A DNA stretch of 30,659 bases from Myxococcaceae bacterium (lineage in GTDB: Bacteria > Myxococcota > Myxococcia > Myxococcales > Myxococcaceae). A program made the position numbers and the translations under genes. Of this stretch, positions 7,909 to 15,703 are shown piece after piece. Each line of letters opens with the position of its first letter. Within the stretch, counting starts at the first letter, position 1. The notes below the pieces were generated by a model. It saw nothing but the letters and a program-made list of their open reading frames with translations. It did no database searches and had not been told where the DNA came from. The stretch is from NCBI GenBank assembly GCA_044230055.1, contig JBGART010000083.1, positions 1-30,659 on the forward strand, given 5' to 3'.

Positions 7909-9291
7909 TTATTTTTGTGACAGCGCTGCGCTGCTTTCATTCGCACTCCAGCTCAAGTCGACTTCAACAGGCACCGCGCGTGTGGATTGGCTCATCACTG
8001 AGCGCAATCCGAGCGTAGAGATTACGGTGGAGGCCGCCTCTTCACCGGAGCGCACGGCGCCCTCGACGCCAGGGAGCGCGAGGTAGTCCCCAGCGAGGAT
8101 GACCGGATGGCGGTGGGCGCGCCGCGCTGCGAGCTGCGAGAGCCATCCTTCATAGAAGAGCGGCATCGCCTCGGCAATCTGAACAACCGACGACTTCGAC
8201 GGAGCCAGCGCGCGACCCAGCAGCTTCTCCGTTTCGGCCAGCAGCGTGTCCCTCACCACTGCTTTGGACTCCGACAGCAGGCGCGGCGCGGCCCCGACAG
8301 AGGCGATGGTCTCCAGCCCGCCCTTTCCGACAGGCACCTGTGAGGTCCCTTTCGCTTCGACGGCCGCCACCCAACCCAGTGGCGCGTTCGGGCCGAACGG
8401 AATGGCGCAGCGGATACCCACCGGCGCGTCCAGGCATTGATGGAGCTTCACCGTCGGTTGGTAGCGCGCGCGCCGCACCAGGCTGAGCTCCGGGTGGTCC
8501 GAGGGGAGCATCGCCGCCGCGGCGGGCCCCGGGACGGCCATGACCGCCATCTGTGCGTCGAGCACCGCGCCGTCCTGCAGCGTCACGCGCACGCCAGGCC
8601 CCGCCGCCAAGACCTTCGCCACCGGCGAGGAGGGCCGGAAGTCCAGCCCGCGCGCGACGGATTCCCACAGCCGCCCGAGGCCGCCCTTGAGGCAGAGGGT
8701 CTTCAGGCCCGCCACGTGGACCGCTTCAAGCAGCGCCCAGGCGCGCGAGGTTTCGGTCGCCGGCAGCAGCGTGATGCTCTCCAGGACCGGCCGCAGCAGC
8801 GCGTCCACGAACTGCTCGCCCAACGCCCGCCGGAAGAACGCGTCGGCGCTCTCGTCGTCGAAGCGCGCCGCCCGGTGGGGATGCTCCCAGGAGAGGAACG
8901 GGAGCGCCCAGAGGCCCTTCGCGCCGAAGGCCAAAGCGCGCAGCCGCGCTCGCAGGCTGAGCAGCGGCGTCCGGAGGAACCGGGCCAAGGTCAACGGCAA
9001 GGGGAAGCGCTGCCCGTCCCGCCAAAGCTCGATGTCCTGGAAGGGGTAGGGCACCAGCTCGCCGGTGAGCCCCTGCCCCGCAATGAGCGCCAGCGTGCGC
9101 CGGTTGAAGGACGCGATGAAGACCGCGCCGCGGTCGAAGCGCCACTCACCAACGCGGTCGTAGCCGGACCTGCCGCCGGGCGCCGCGGCGCTCTCCAGCA
9201 CCACCACCCTCGCCCCGTGCTGGGTGAGCTTCACCGCGGCCGCCAGCCCCGCCGGGCCGCCACCAATCACCACCACGCGCCTGTCACCCAT
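7909..9291 (-). CDS. FAD/NAD(P)-dependent oxidoreductase of the amine-oxidase/phytoene-desaturase/protoporphyrinogen-oxidase superfamily.
   Basis: N-terminal Rossmann dinucleotide motif MGDRRVVVIGGGPAGLAAAVKLTQHGARVVVLESAAAPGGRS. Length 460 aa. The start overlaps the upstream gene stop (operon). The C-terminal ~40 aa run into the low-GC region and may be an over-extension. Confidence 0.75.
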   Translation of the reverse strand: MGDRRVVVIGGGPAGLAAAVKLTQHGARVVVLESAAAPGGRSGYDRVGEWRFDRGAVFIASFNRRTLALIAGQGLTGELVPYPFQDIELWRDGQRFPLPLTLARFLRTPLLSLRARLRALAFGAKGLWALPFLSWEHPHRAARFDDESADAFFRRALGEQFVDALLRPVLESITLLPATETSRAWALLEAVHVAGLKTLCLKGGLGRLWESVARGLDFRPSSPVAKVLAAGPGVRVTLQDGAVLDAQMAVMAVPGPAAAAMLPSDHPELSLVRRARYQPTVKLHQCLDAPVGIRCAIPFGPNAPLGWVAAVEAKGTSQVPVGKGGLETIASVGAAPRLLSESKAVVRDTLLAETEKLLGRALAPSKSSVVQIAEAMPLFYEGWLSQLAARRAHRHPVILAGDYLALPGVEGAVRSGEEAASTVISTLGLRSVMSQSTRAVPVEVDLSWSANESSAALSQK

Positions 9292-9299
9292 GGTCCGTC

Positions 9300-11612
9300 T
9301 CAGTAGAACTGCAGGTACTGCACGGGAGAGGCGCTCGCCGAGGCGCGCTTGGGCAGAGACGGCAGGATGATGAGCGCCGCCTTCAGGAGTGCAGAGATGC
9401 GATCGTTGTCGATGCCGCGCAGCACCGCCTGGAACAACCCCAGCGCGTTGCGGGTGGTCTGAGGGAACGTGCGGAGGTCAAACGGGAAGGTGACGCTCTC
9501 CGGAGAGGACTGGCTGCGGACGTACGCCTCCATCCCCGCGCCCTCCTGCCGCTCCTTCAGCGCCGGGAAGATGAGCTCGCGCAGGAAGACGATGTCCTCG
9601 CCAAAGTCGATGGCCTCGTCCACCACCAGCGAGGCGAACATGAACGCCGAGAGCAAGGCCTCCCGCCGCTGCGCGCGCTCGTCAAGGCACTCGGCGCCGC
9701 TGAGCATCGCGGCGAAGGCCTCGGTAGGTAGGACGAAGGTGTCGAACTTGTAGTTGAAGATGTCCTCCATCGTCCGGCGGCCGGCGGCGGGCGGGAGGTG
9801 GCCGTGCTCCGCCTTGAACCAGGCGGAGTACATCACGCGGGTTTTTCCCTCGAGGTAGCGCTGGGCCTCGGGTCCGAACGGCGACGCGGCCTTCTCCCGC
9901 GCGAAGATGCTGGCCCACATCGCGCTCTCGTCATGGCTCCAGAGGTGGCGCTGAAATTCCCCCTCGCTGAGCGGGCGGCCCTGAAGCCGCAGGTCCTCGC
10001 GGAAGGAGCGGTCATCCACCACGCGGTCCAACATCACCATGAGGTTCCAGGAGGACGTGAACAGCCCCAGGCCGCCTCTTGCTGCGACGGATTCGAAGGA
10101 GTCCCCGGAGAGCATGCAGTACGCCCAGAGCGTCATCTTCACCGGCAAGCGCCGGTCATGCCGTTCGCCGATGACCGGATACTCGTCGCTCCACGAGCGC
10201 AGCCAGTCCTCCGTCCAGCGCGTGTACTGCCGGTCAAACTCGCGCAGGCTGCGCAGGACGCCGGGAATCTGCGTGAGCTCCGGCAGCGAGAGGGGCAGCT
10301 CATCCCGCATCTCACCCAGGCAGCCCATCAGCGGTTCCACCCGCGTGGTGGCGTAGGCGCGAAGCTCCTCGCGTGAGACCTCCGCCGGCTCGAACCGGCC
10401 GTGGCCCTGGCCCTCGTACGGGGAGCGCGGCGCGAAGAGCTGGAGCGGCTCCGTTGGAAAGACCGTGAAGCTCAACGGGAAGCGCTTGAGGCTGCCCAGA
10501 AGGTGCCGCACCGCGGACCCGCCCTCGCGCAGCCCCTGGAGCGCGGCGGCGAACCGGCCCGGCCGCGGGCGGCGGTGGGCGGCCTGCAGCGCCGGTGCGG
10601 CGCTTGAGCCAGGCTGGAACGCCTCGTCCTCCGGCAGGAGCAGCCGCGCCACCTTGTGGAGCTCCTGGAACGCCACCGTGTCGTTGCGCTCCGACTCCAG
10701 CAGGACGAGTGCCTCCCGGCCGTAGGACTGCGCCAGCTGCTCGCAGTACGCGGGAGCGCCCGAGTCGGCGATGAGGCGCAGGGCGCGCTGGAGCTCCGCC
10801 TCCTCGAGCACCGGCCGCTGCAGCAGCGCCTGCAGCTCCGCCGAGCGCTCAAGCGCGTAGAGCACCGGCAGCGTGCGCTTGCGCCGGACGAGGTCGCTCA
10901 CGCCCTGCTTCTGCAGCTGCTCGACCCGGAAGAGGCCCAGCGCGTCGTCGCGAATCTGGAAAGCCATACCCAAAAGCCGGCCAAAGCGACGCCACTTGTC
11001 AGCGTCTCCGCCCGCCAGCACCGCGCCCGCCTCGGTGGCCGCGCCGAACAACGCCGCAGTCTTGCCTGAGATGAGCTTCATGTATTCGAGGATAGAGACG
11101 TCCTCGCGGCGCTCGTTGCGCAGGTCCTGATACTGGCCCTCGCAGAGCTCCACTCCAGCGGCCTGCAGGATGCGCAGCAGCCGGAGCGCGGTGCGGGGGT
11201 CTACCCCGCGGGCCTCCACCTCCAGCGCCGCGAGGTTGGCCAGCGCGTGCATGCCGTCGCCGGTGTTGATGCCGTGGTTGAGCCCCCAGACTTTCCACAG
11301 CGTGGGATGCCCGCGCCGCACCTCATCCCCGTCCTCGATGTCGTCATGCACGAGCGAGAAGTTGTGCAACAGCTCGATGGACGCAGCCATCGGCAGGGCC
11401 TGCGCGCGCTGTCCCTCCAGCGCTTCGCAGGTGAGCAGGCACAGGGCGGCGCGGTAGCGCTTTCCTCTCCTGCCCGAGCCCGACGCCGGCTCCGCGCCCG
11501 ACCAACCCAGGTGGTAGCGCATCATGTCGTAGAACGCGCCGGTCTGGCTCCGCGAGTCGATGACACGGCGAATCTCCGCGTCCACCAGCGGACCGCACTC
11601 ATTCAGGGTCAT
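9300..11612 (-). CDS. Fusion protein: N-terminal trans-polyprenyl diphosphate synthase (FPP/GGPP synthase family, ~340 aa) + ~430-aa C-terminal domain of unknown function (possibly isoprenoid-synthase-like).
   Basis: First Asp-rich motif LVHDDIEDGDEVRRGHPT and second FQIRDDALG, with KT..LF and GKTAAL elements typical of polyprenyl synthetases. The C-terminal half contains DRVVDDRSFRED and LGLFQAVLRGIDNDRIS, weakly reminiscent of squalene/phytoene-synthase Asp-rich motifs (speculative). Confidence 0.75.
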   Translation of the reverse strand: MTLNECGPLVDAEIRRVIDSRSQTGAFYDMMRYHLGWSGAEPASGSGRRGKRYRAALCLLTCEALEGQRAQALPMAASIELLHNFSLVHDDIEDGDEVRRGHPTLWKVWGLNHGINTGDGMHALANLAALEVEARGVDPRTALRLLRILQAAGVELCEGQYQDLRNERREDVSILEYMKLISGKTAALFGAATEAGAVLAGGDADKWRRFGRLLGMAFQIRDDALGLFRVEQLQKQGVSDLVRRKRTLPVLYALERSAELQALLQRPVLEEAELQRALRLIADSGAPAYCEQLAQSYGREALVLLESERNDTVAFQELHKVARLLLPEDEAFQPGSSAAPALQAAHRRPRPGRFAAALQGLREGGSAVRHLLGSLKRFPLSFTVFPTEPLQLFAPRSPYEGQGHGRFEPAEVSREELRAYATTRVEPLMGCLGEMRDELPLSLPELTQIPGVLRSLREFDRQYTRWTEDWLRSWSDEYPVIGERHDRRLPVKMTLWAYCMLSGDSFESVAARGGLGLFTSSWNLMVMLDRVVDDRSFREDLRLQGRPLSEGEFQRHLWSHDESAMWASIFAREKAASPFGPEAQRYLEGKTRVMYSAWFKAEHGHLPPAAGRRTMEDIFNYKFDTFVLPTEAFAAMLSGAECLDERAQRREALLSAFMFASLVVDEAIDFGEDIVFLRELIFPALKERQEGAGMEAYVRSQSSPESVTFPFDLRTFPQTTRNALGLFQAVLRGIDNDRISALLKAALIILPSLPKRASASASPVQYLQFY

Positions 11613-11670
11613 TCGCAGCTCCTTGCTGCGTAGTAGGCAGATGAGGCGCAGAGGGTGACCTCGCGGTCGC

Positions 11671-11701
11671 TTGACTTGAAGTCGACTTCAACAATTACGG
11701 T
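11671..11701 (+). promoter_or_regulatory. MerR-type promoter: -35 TTGACT (11671-11676), 19-bp spacer containing perfect 16-bp palindrome TTGAAGTCGACTTCAA (11676-11691), -10 TACGGT (11696-11701). It drives the plus-strand gene at 11729 (RBS AGGAG 7 nt before the ATG).
   Basis: Read directly. The architecture (optimal hexamers with over-long 19-bp spacer and dyad operator centred in the spacer) matches Pmer/PcopA-type MerR-regulated promoters. Confidence 0.5.
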
Positions 11702-11728
11702 CCGCAGCGCACCCCCTTCGCAGGAGCT

Positions 11729-12379
11729 TTGAAGATGCGCTCGTCCACTCAACGCAAATCCCTGGCACGCCCGGCCGGAGTGCTCGCCCTCCTCTCTGGC
11801 TTTGGCTTTGTCGGCTTCAGCGGGCTGGCGTGCCTGGGCTGCCTGGTGCCGCTGGTCTCCGCCTGGGGCGTGGGCGCGCTGGCGGAACACTGGGCCGCGC
11901 TGCCCACCGCGGCGGGCCTCGGCTTCGCCGCCGTCGCTACCACCGTCTGGTTCTTCGTCATGCGCCGAAGGGAGCGCCGTACCGGCGCCGCCTGCGGCCC
12001 CGAGTGCGCCACACCGGTGGGCGTCACCGACAAGCCTGTCGCTTGCGACCTCAACGTCTTCACCCCGTCGGAGCGGGAGGAACACGGCTCCCAGTTTCTT
12101 CAGCGGGTGCTCGGCAAGGCGCGGCGGCGGGTAGAGCTCTCCGACGGACTGGCGCTGGAGTACGCGAGCGACCCCGACTTCTTCGTGCAGCTGGCGCAGT
12201 GGACGGTGAACGAGCGGCGCTGCTGCCCGTTCTTCACGTTTGAGCTGGCGCTGGAGCCGGACGGCGGAGCGCTCTGGCTCAAGCTGCGCGGGCCGCAGGG
12301 GACGCGCGAGCTGCTGCTGGCGGGGATTGCGTCGCTCCCTCCCCCGTTCGCGTCGAGCGTTGCGCCGTCAGGCGCATAG
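11729..12379 (+). CDS. Cys-motif membrane protein with MerT-like N-terminal half (two TM helices, CxxC in TM1, CGPEC in cytoplasmic loop) and a C-terminal domain containing a CC pair (ERRCCPFFTF). Candidate thiophilic-metal binding/transport protein. The 3' end runs into MITE copy 3.
   Basis: TM1 GLACLGCLVPLV resembles MerT ASACCLGPLV. The following loop AACGPECA resembles the MerT cytoplasmic Cys pair. The last 14 codons (...PPPFASSVAPSGA*) are encoded by the MITE arm, including the TAG stop. Confidence 0.6.
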   Translation: MKMRSSTQRKSLARPAGVLALLSGFGFVGFSGLACLGCLVPLVSAWGVGALAEHWAALPTAAGLGFAAVATTVWFFVMRRRERRTGAACGPECATPVGVTDKPVACDLNVFTPSEREEHGSQFLQRVLGKARRRVELSDGLALEYASDPDFFVQLAQWTVNERRCCPFFTFELALEPDGGALWLKLRGPQGTRELLLAGIASLPPPFASSVAPSGA

Positions 12380-12598
12380 TCGAGACGTCGGCAGTGCTTC
12401 CGAAGCTTGGCTCATGGGCCGCTTCGCTTTGCTCGAAACAACCCAGCAAAGTGCCGTGCGTGGGTTTGCGCCACCTCTCGACTATGCGCCTGACGGCGCA
12501 ACGCTCGAGGCGAGCGGGGAGGCGCCTGACTGAGAACAGCTGTTTCTCCGACGAAATGGCCGACCGGGGGAGGCGCCTGACTGAGAGCAGCTGTGCCC
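12337..12598. repeat. Copy 3 of MITE-like element: inverted arms 12337-12384 and 12477-12519, 92-bp core in opposite orientation to copy 2, followed by a 2x ~34-bp direct repeat tail (gggaggcgcctgactgaga[a/g]cagctgt...).
   Basis: Direct comparison with copy 2. Located between convergent genes (11729..12379 + and 12599..13762 -). Confidence 0.7.
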
Positions 12599-13762
12599 TT
12601 AGAAGTAGAGCCGAATCTGCAGGTGCCCCATCCTCGGGACCGAGCCGAGCTCACCCGCGCCGACGCTTACCATCCCTCCCGCGGCGACGGTGGTGTTCTG
12701 GTCAAAGCTCCACTCCAGCTCTGGCACCACCAGGCCAGAGCCGTCCGTCAGGTTGGCGATGACCACCAGGTTCGCCGTGAGCAGCGCGCCCAGCTCGTAG
12801 CTGACGGCCGCGCCCGCGTAGAAGCGCCCGACCAGGGCCAGCTCCCCCGACTGCCAATCCAGGCGGCGCCGGACGTCTGCGTAGCCGGCGGGCGTCAGCG
12901 CACCGGCGCGGCTGTAGTGCAGCTCCGCGGTGACGGTGAGCCCCGGCCGCAGCGTGTGCTGCGCGCCGACGGTGGCCCGCAGCAGCGGAATGCGCGAGGG
13001 CGGCTCCTCCACTTCTGAGCCGTCCTGCCGCGCCCGCCAGAACCCCTCCGCGTAGAGCGACGCGCCGCCCACGTCCCCGGAGACATCCACTGCCACCGCC
13101 GGCGACGTGCCGGAGACGCCGGCGTACGCCGCGAGGTCCACGCCCGGGACGCTCACCCGGGCGCGGCCCAGCAGCGCGCCCTGGCTCAGGTAGCGGCGGT
13201 GGCCCACCGCGTACACCTCCAGCTCCACCTGCTCGCCCACCGGCGCAGTCAACCGCACCGCGTCCACGCCGGTCTTGAACTCCCGGTCCAGCGCTGCGGG
13301 GTGGAACGGCGCGAAGAGGTCCGACGCGGCGAACAGCCGCGCGCTGCCGTGGCCCAGCGCCTGACGCCCCACCCGCAGCGTCGCCGCCCCCACCGCGAGC
13401 GTCAGCATCAAGCGGTCCAGGTTCTGGTCCAGCGCGAAGCTGGAGGTGCGCACAATCTGCCGTGGCGCATCCACCAGCCGCAGGGCGGTGTGAACCGAAG
13501 GCGCTGCTTGCAGCGGGAAGACCGCCGACTGGAGCGCGTAGGCCAGCTCGAACGCGCCGTCCTCGCCGCTGACTTTGAGCTCCGCGCGCAGGCCCTGCTC
13601 CACCGCAGCCTGCGCCGGCGCGTCCGGCCCCGCGGGCGCGAGGTAGAGCGTGAGCACCTTGAGCCGCCCGCCGAAGGTGGCGGTGCGCTCGGCCCCTGAG
13701 AGCTCGAACGCGAAGGCGGCCCGGGACGCGAGCAGCAGCGCGAGCCACGCGGCCCGCCTCAT
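12599..13762 (-). CDS. Outer-membrane beta-barrel protein (signal peptide, C-terminal aromatic residue), last gene of the export operon.
   Basis: MRRAAWLALLLASRAAFA signal. Alternating amphipathic beta-strand pattern. C-terminal ...HLQIRLYF. The start overlaps the stop of the upstream ABC ATPase gene. Confidence 0.6.
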   Translation of the reverse strand: MRRAAWLALLLASRAAFAFELSGAERTATFGGRLKVLTLYLAPAGPDAPAQAAVEQGLRAELKVSGEDGAFELAYALQSAVFPLQAAPSVHTALRLVDAPRQIVRTSSFALDQNLDRLMLTLAVGAATLRVGRQALGHGSARLFAASDLFAPFHPAALDREFKTGVDAVRLTAPVGEQVELEVYAVGHRRYLSQGALLGRARVSVPGVDLAAYAGVSGTSPAVAVDVSGDVGGASLYAEGFWRARQDGSEVEEPPSRIPLLRATVGAQHTLRPGLTVTAELHYSRAGALTPAGYADVRRRLDWQSGELALVGRFYAGAAVSYELGALLTANLVVIANLTDGSGLVVPELEWSFDQNTTVAAGGMVSVGAGELGSVPRMGHLQIRLYF

Positions 13763-14472
13763 CGCCGCTCGTCTGCCTCAACCCTCCCGTCGTGGAGCGT
13801 CACCCGCCGGGACGCGGCGGCCATCACCCGCGGGTCGTGCGTGGAGAAGATGAACGTCGTCCCCAGGCGCCGGTTGAGGTCCACCATCATCTCCACGAGC
13901 GCATCCCCGGTCTTGCTGTCGAGGTTGGCGGTGGGCTCATCCGCCAGCACCAGCGCGGGCTTCGGGGCGATGGCACGCGCCACCGCCACGCGCTGCTGCT
14001 GCCCGCCGGAGAGCTCGTTCGGACGGCGGTGCAGCTTGTCGCCCAGCCCCACCTGCTCCAGCGCGTGCGAGGCGCGCTCCCTCCGCTCCTTCTTCTTCAC
14101 GCCCTGAATCCACATCACGTACTCCACGTTCTCCAGGACGCTCATCACCGGCACCAGGTTGTAGGCCTGGAAGACAAAGCCGATGCGGTCTCTCCGCAGC
14201 AGGCTGAGCGCGCTCTCCGGCAGGCGGGTGAGGTCCTTCCCCTCGAGGACGACGGCGCCCTCACCCGGGCGGTCCAGCGCACCCACCAGGTGCAGCAGCG
14301 TGGACTTGCCGGAGCCCGAGGGGCCGGCGATGGCCACCAGCTCCCCCGGCGCCACCCGGAGCGACACCCCGTTGAGGGCCCGGACGGTCTCGCTGCGCGA
14401 GGTGTAGTGGCGGCTGACGTCCCGAAGCTCGACGACGTTCTGCGGGGCGACCATGACGGCTCCCTCCTCCAT
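13759..14472 (-). CDS. ABC transporter ATP-binding protein (LolD/MacB-NBD/FtsE-like).
   Basis: Walker A GPSGSGKST, ABC signature LSGGQQQRVAVARA, Walker B LVLADEPTANLD, H-loop THD. ATG at 14472 overlaps the permease stop (ATGA). Confidence 0.85.
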   Translation of the reverse strand: MEEGAVMVAPQNVVELRDVSRHYTSRSETVRALNGVSLRVAPGELVAIAGPSGSGKSTLLHLVGALDRPGEGAVVLEGKDLTRLPESALSLLRRDRIGFVFQAYNLVPVMSVLENVEYVMWIQGVKKKERRERASHALEQVGLGDKLHRRPNELSGGQQQRVAVARAIAPKPALVLADEPTANLDSKTGDALVEMMVDLNRRLGTTFIFSTHDPRVMAAASRRVTLHDGRVEADERR

Positions 14473-15698
14473 CAAGCGGGATTGAGCGCTTCCACCGGCC
14501 GCAGGCGCGCGGCCCGCACCGCGGCGAAGAGCCCGGTGAGCGCGGTGAGGCCGGCGAACAGCGGCGCCAGCGTGAGCGCGTGCGCGGCCTTCGGCCGGAA
14601 CAGGATGGCGTCCTTCACGTAGACGCCGGAGAACTCCATGCCTTCGATGGGCATGCCCCAAATGGCGAACGGCGCACACAGCGCGAAACCCAGCGCGCAG
14701 CCGGCCGCCGCCCCCAACAGGCCCAGCGCGGTGGACTCGCACAGCAGCAGCGCAGCCAGCCGCGCGGGCGAGGTGCCCAACGCGCGCAGGACACCGAGCT
14801 CGCGCAGCCGCTCCGCGAAGGACATCCGCAGGGTGTTGACGATGGAGAAGCTCGCCACACCGAAGACGGCCAGCGCCAGCAGGTAGATGAGGTTGCGCTG
14901 GAACTGGTACGCGGTCCACAGGAGCGCGTTGAGACGCTGCCACGGCGCCACCTCCACGTCCGGACCCAGCGCCCCGCTCAAGGGCAGCAGCGCAGCGTCC
15001 AGCACCGCCGGGTCCGTGTTGGGCCCCGCAAGCTTCAGCGCCACCTCGTGCAGCTCCCCGCCCTGCCCGCTCAAGGCGCCGGCCTGCGGGAGCGAGGTGA
15101 CGACGGCCTCGCGGTCCAGCAGCGCGTTTCCAGAGGCGATGAGGCCGCTCACCCTCACCAGAACGCTGCGCAGCTCGCCGGTGCGCGCGTCCGCCGCGGT
15201 GAGCACCAGCTTGTCGCCCACGCCCAGCTCCAACCGGGTGGCCAGCTCATGCCCCAGGAGCGCCTGGCCCTCACGGACCGGCCAGCTGCCGTGGAGCAGC
15301 TTCCGGTGGAAGAGCGTCACCTTCGGCTCCTCGGCAAGGTCCACGCCGATAACCTGCACGTTGGCGCTGCGGTCTCCCATCGCCGCCAGCGCCAGCACGT
15401 ACTGCCGCGGCGCCGCGGCGAGCACGCCCGGCGTGGCGCGGGCAGCTTCCAGCGCGCGGGGCCCGTCCGGAAGAACCCGCTCCTGCTCGCGCTCGGCGCG
15501 GTAGGCGCGATGGTGCAGCTGCGCGTCGCCCAGAAAACCTCCGGCGGAGACCTCCACCGCCTGGACGAAGAGCCCCTCGATGTAGCCGAGCAGGAAGAGG
15601 AAGAGCGCCAGGCCCAGGCCAATGGCGGACGCGGTGAGCAGCGTGCGCTGCCGCTGCCGCCACAGGTTGCGGAAGGCGAGCGTGAACATCCAGAGCAT
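14472..15698 (-). CDS. FtsX-family ABC permease (LolC/LolE/MacB-like, four TM with large periplasmic domain).
   Basis: N-terminal LAFRNLWRQRQRTLLTASAIGLGLALFLF and C-terminal FtsX block ...VASFSIVNTLRMSFAERLRELGVLRALGTSPARLAALLL... Confidence 0.8.
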   Translation of the reverse strand: MLWMFTLAFRNLWRQRQRTLLTASAIGLGLALFLFLLGYIEGLFVQAVEVSAGGFLGDAQLHHRAYRAEREQERVLPDGPRALEAARATPGVLAAAPRQYVLALAAMGDRSANVQVIGVDLAEEPKVTLFHRKLLHGSWPVREGQALLGHELATRLELGVGDKLVLTAADARTGELRSVLVRVSGLIASGNALLDREAVVTSLPQAGALSGQGGELHEVALKLAGPNTDPAVLDAALLPLSGALGPDVEVAPWQRLNALLWTAYQFQRNLIYLLALAVFGVASFSIVNTLRMSFAERLRELGVLRALGTSPARLAALLLCESTALGLLGAAAGCALGFALCAPFAIWGMPIEGMEFSGVYVKDAILFRPKAAHALTLAPLFAGLTALTGLFAAVRAARLRPVEALNPA

Positions 15699-15703
15699 GG
15701 GGC

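Noticed and set aside
6570-11612. MerR + ECF sigma + polyprenyl synthase + phytoene-desaturase-like oxidase as the Myxococcus carotenoid regulon (CarQ/CarA/CarH, crtE/crtI).
   Set aside because: The MerR protein is only ~150 aa and lacks the B12-binding domain of CarA/CarH. There is no CarR/CarS-like anti-sigma, no crtB/crtY-type genes, and the gene order differs. The resemblance is only at the family level.
1543-12598. The dispersed ~42-bp repeats could have been a CRISPR array.
   Set aside because: Copies are kilobases apart, occur as inverted pairs around a conserved core rather than as direct repeats with unique spacers, and no cas genes are present. I interpret them as a MITE/REP-like family.
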